The notes beneath the pieces were generated by a model that ran no database searches, was not told the origin of the DNA, and was given only the letters and a program-made list of their open reading frames with translations. A stretch of 63,255 bases of DNA, the filler included, from Reclinomonas americana ATCC 50394 (taxonomy: Eukaryota), in assembly GCA_048213135.1 (NCBI GenBank). It is 32 parts of 32 records of this genome, joined end to end, with 100 filler letters (N's around TTAATTAATTAA, not from the genome) between each part and the next. Parts side by side here need not be neighbours in the genome. Positions count along the whole stretch, not along the records: positions 61,401 to 63,255 come from AFZH01025155.1; 31 more parts are not named here. One strand, written 5' to 3'. Both the position numbers and the translations under genes were made by a program. Positions 61,460-63,255 of the stretch are shown one piece after another. How positions within the stretch are numbered: the stretch's first letter is position 1; each line of letters begins with the position of its first letter.

Positions 61460-62873
61460 ACCTTGTGAGTGTACGGTGCCAGCAAATCGGCGCATTCCAC
61501 CGATGCAAGTTCGAGCGGCGCATATCCTTGATTGTCGTCAACGTTGCACTATGCAACATAATATTAGGGAAGACAAAGTTTCAACGCTGACAGCACGCAC
61601 GCCACCACTTACCAACTCGCCGAACTGCCTCTCATCAATCTGCTTCAACGCGTGCAGCATACGCAACTGTGGAGATGGGGACGATCCAGCGGCAGCAGCA
61701 CTTGCGGCGACAGTGTCCTGAGAATCGTCGACTCGTTCCTTCAACGACCTGCACAGGACCGTGAGCAGCGCACCTGATAACTGCTGCCAACACAGACACT
61801 TTACCGTTCCTCGACAATGCAGTGTATCACGTTGGCACCAGCATCGTTCCTGTGTGCCAGATACGCAGCCACAGTGCCGAACATATTGCGATCACTGTCA
61901 GTCAGTCGCCGTGCCATTGCCTCGAACAGTTTTGGCAACTTGTAGAGTGCAGTCTGCACAAACAGGCAAGTGAGCCCAACGCGAACTACGTTCTCTGCAG
62001 GCGCATCACTCGGCTCACCAGCTGCAGCAGCGAGTTGCCGTCGCTCTCGTCAATCATGTACAAGCTTGTTCCCATCTGCGTGCATTCGAGGGCTGCCTCC
62101 TCGTTTCCAGTGCGCTGCGCGACACAAACGACACGTCAACATTCGAGCATGAGCATTCTGGGAGCACGGTATGCACGAAACAATGGCCTCGTTGATTGTT
62201 CTGTCGGCATCACCACCAAGCGACAGCATCTCGTGGACAAGCTGATGAGGCAAGAGCTCGAGTGAGAGTCGTACCACAAAACAGGGGAAGCAGAGCAGGC
62301 ACTCACGTTTTTGTTGTTCCGCATGACGATGCGGTGCAGCAACGGTTCGCCGTTGCGAACGCAACTATGCAGCATTCTGCGCTTGTTGATCAGCGCGCTG
62401 CAAGTGATATGAGCACGAGTTGTCAGACGATCGATGATCCAGAATGCAAGCACAAGAGCAGAGTGACGCAACCGGAGCACTTTCCTCGCACGATCGATGT
62501 TCTCCAAGTCCGCCGCCATGAATGCGGCCTCGACTTGCAGCGTCTCGTCGTCGCCGACCTTGTCAATCACATTCTGGTCACAAAAAGAGACATTCAGTCG
62601 CTGACCAGACAACAATCTCATCGTCAACATCATCGCTCGCATGCTCGCCTGCACATCCATCTTCATGCCAGTCACTGCCACGCGCACAGGTCCCAACACA
62701 GGATCGTCCTCGCGAAGTCCAGGTGATTGCGGAATCCGCGTGTCAATTGGTATGCGATCCAGTGGTGAGCCTTGGACAGCAGGCGCAAGATGAAACAGTG
62801 GCGATAACGGCCCTCGAGTTCCTGGCGAACCAGCAGCACCAGCGGCAGCAGATGGGCCTTTCTTTCCCGACAT
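61460..62873 (-). CDS. Probable ankyrin-repeat protein, multi-exon, 3'-partial
   Basis: NGEPLLHRIV, RTGNEEAALE...DESDGNSLLQL, RNDAGANVIHCIV and NVDDNQGYAPLELA..CADLL resemble degenerate ankyrin repeats. Confidence 0.55.
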
Positions 62874-63255
62874 GTGCGTGTGTTTCGTGAAAATCGGGCG
62901 AGTGCCGTCACAGGACGACAGATACGTCGCGGCGTTTGCGCCACTCTATTTCCCTTCACACTGGTGCTGGAGCAACTGGTAGTGCACAAGGCGAGTCCTT
63001 GACAAAGAACAGAAGAGCAGGCGAGTCAAGGAGCAAAGTGTCCCGCACGTCGCGCATTTTGCCAAAAACGTCAAATGTTGGCCGCGTTACGCAAGCTGCG
63101 CTCTCCCGAGTCGCCGCCTGCTCCGCCCGCAGCGTCAGCAGCAGCACCAGTGACACCCGTGGTATGCACATGACGCACACACACGCACACACAAAGATAC
63201 TGTCTCTGACTCATTTCTCCGGGTGCAGGCTGCCTCGTCTTCTTCTTCTTCTTCG

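Overview
This window is not one locus. It is a pseudo-scaffold of 32 unrelated contigs of about 1.85-1.92 kb, ordered roughly by decreasing length and joined by artificial 100-bp linkers (N44-TTAATTAATTAA-N44). Adjacency across a linker therefore has no biological meaning. Almost all contigs look like nuclear DNA of a GC-rich, microsatellite-rich, flagellated protist. It has short (about 60-90 bp) spliceosomal introns, uses the standard genetic code, and unusually often has GTT(G/C)NN splice donors. Recognisable gene fragments, several of them visible only after manual splicing: dynactin p25, a RAD6/UBC2-like E2, NOM1/Sgd1, pinin, a TTC29-like protein, two axonemal dynein heavy chains, RNase T2, an MA3-domain protein, an NTF2-domain protein, a TMEM185-like protein, PLAC8, PP2C, TPR and ankyrin proteins, a homeobox gene and several large surface proteins. 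One contig (18018-19899) is bacterial: a secreted lytic transglycosylase converging on two paralogous XRE regulators. The most interesting signals are (1) an intronless YkuD/L,D-transpeptidase-fold gene inside a clearly eukaryotic contig, (2) an unrecognised ~200-aa module present in three copies with conserved intron positions, (3) a 33-aa spliced SMIM30-like microprotein, (4) two separately degenerated kinesin motors, (5) an intron-containing membrane patatin/cPLA2-like lipase of a mainly bacterial type, (6) an M50 homeodomain and (7) several structured tandem-repeat arrays. All family assignments come from recognising motifs by eye; no database searches were run.
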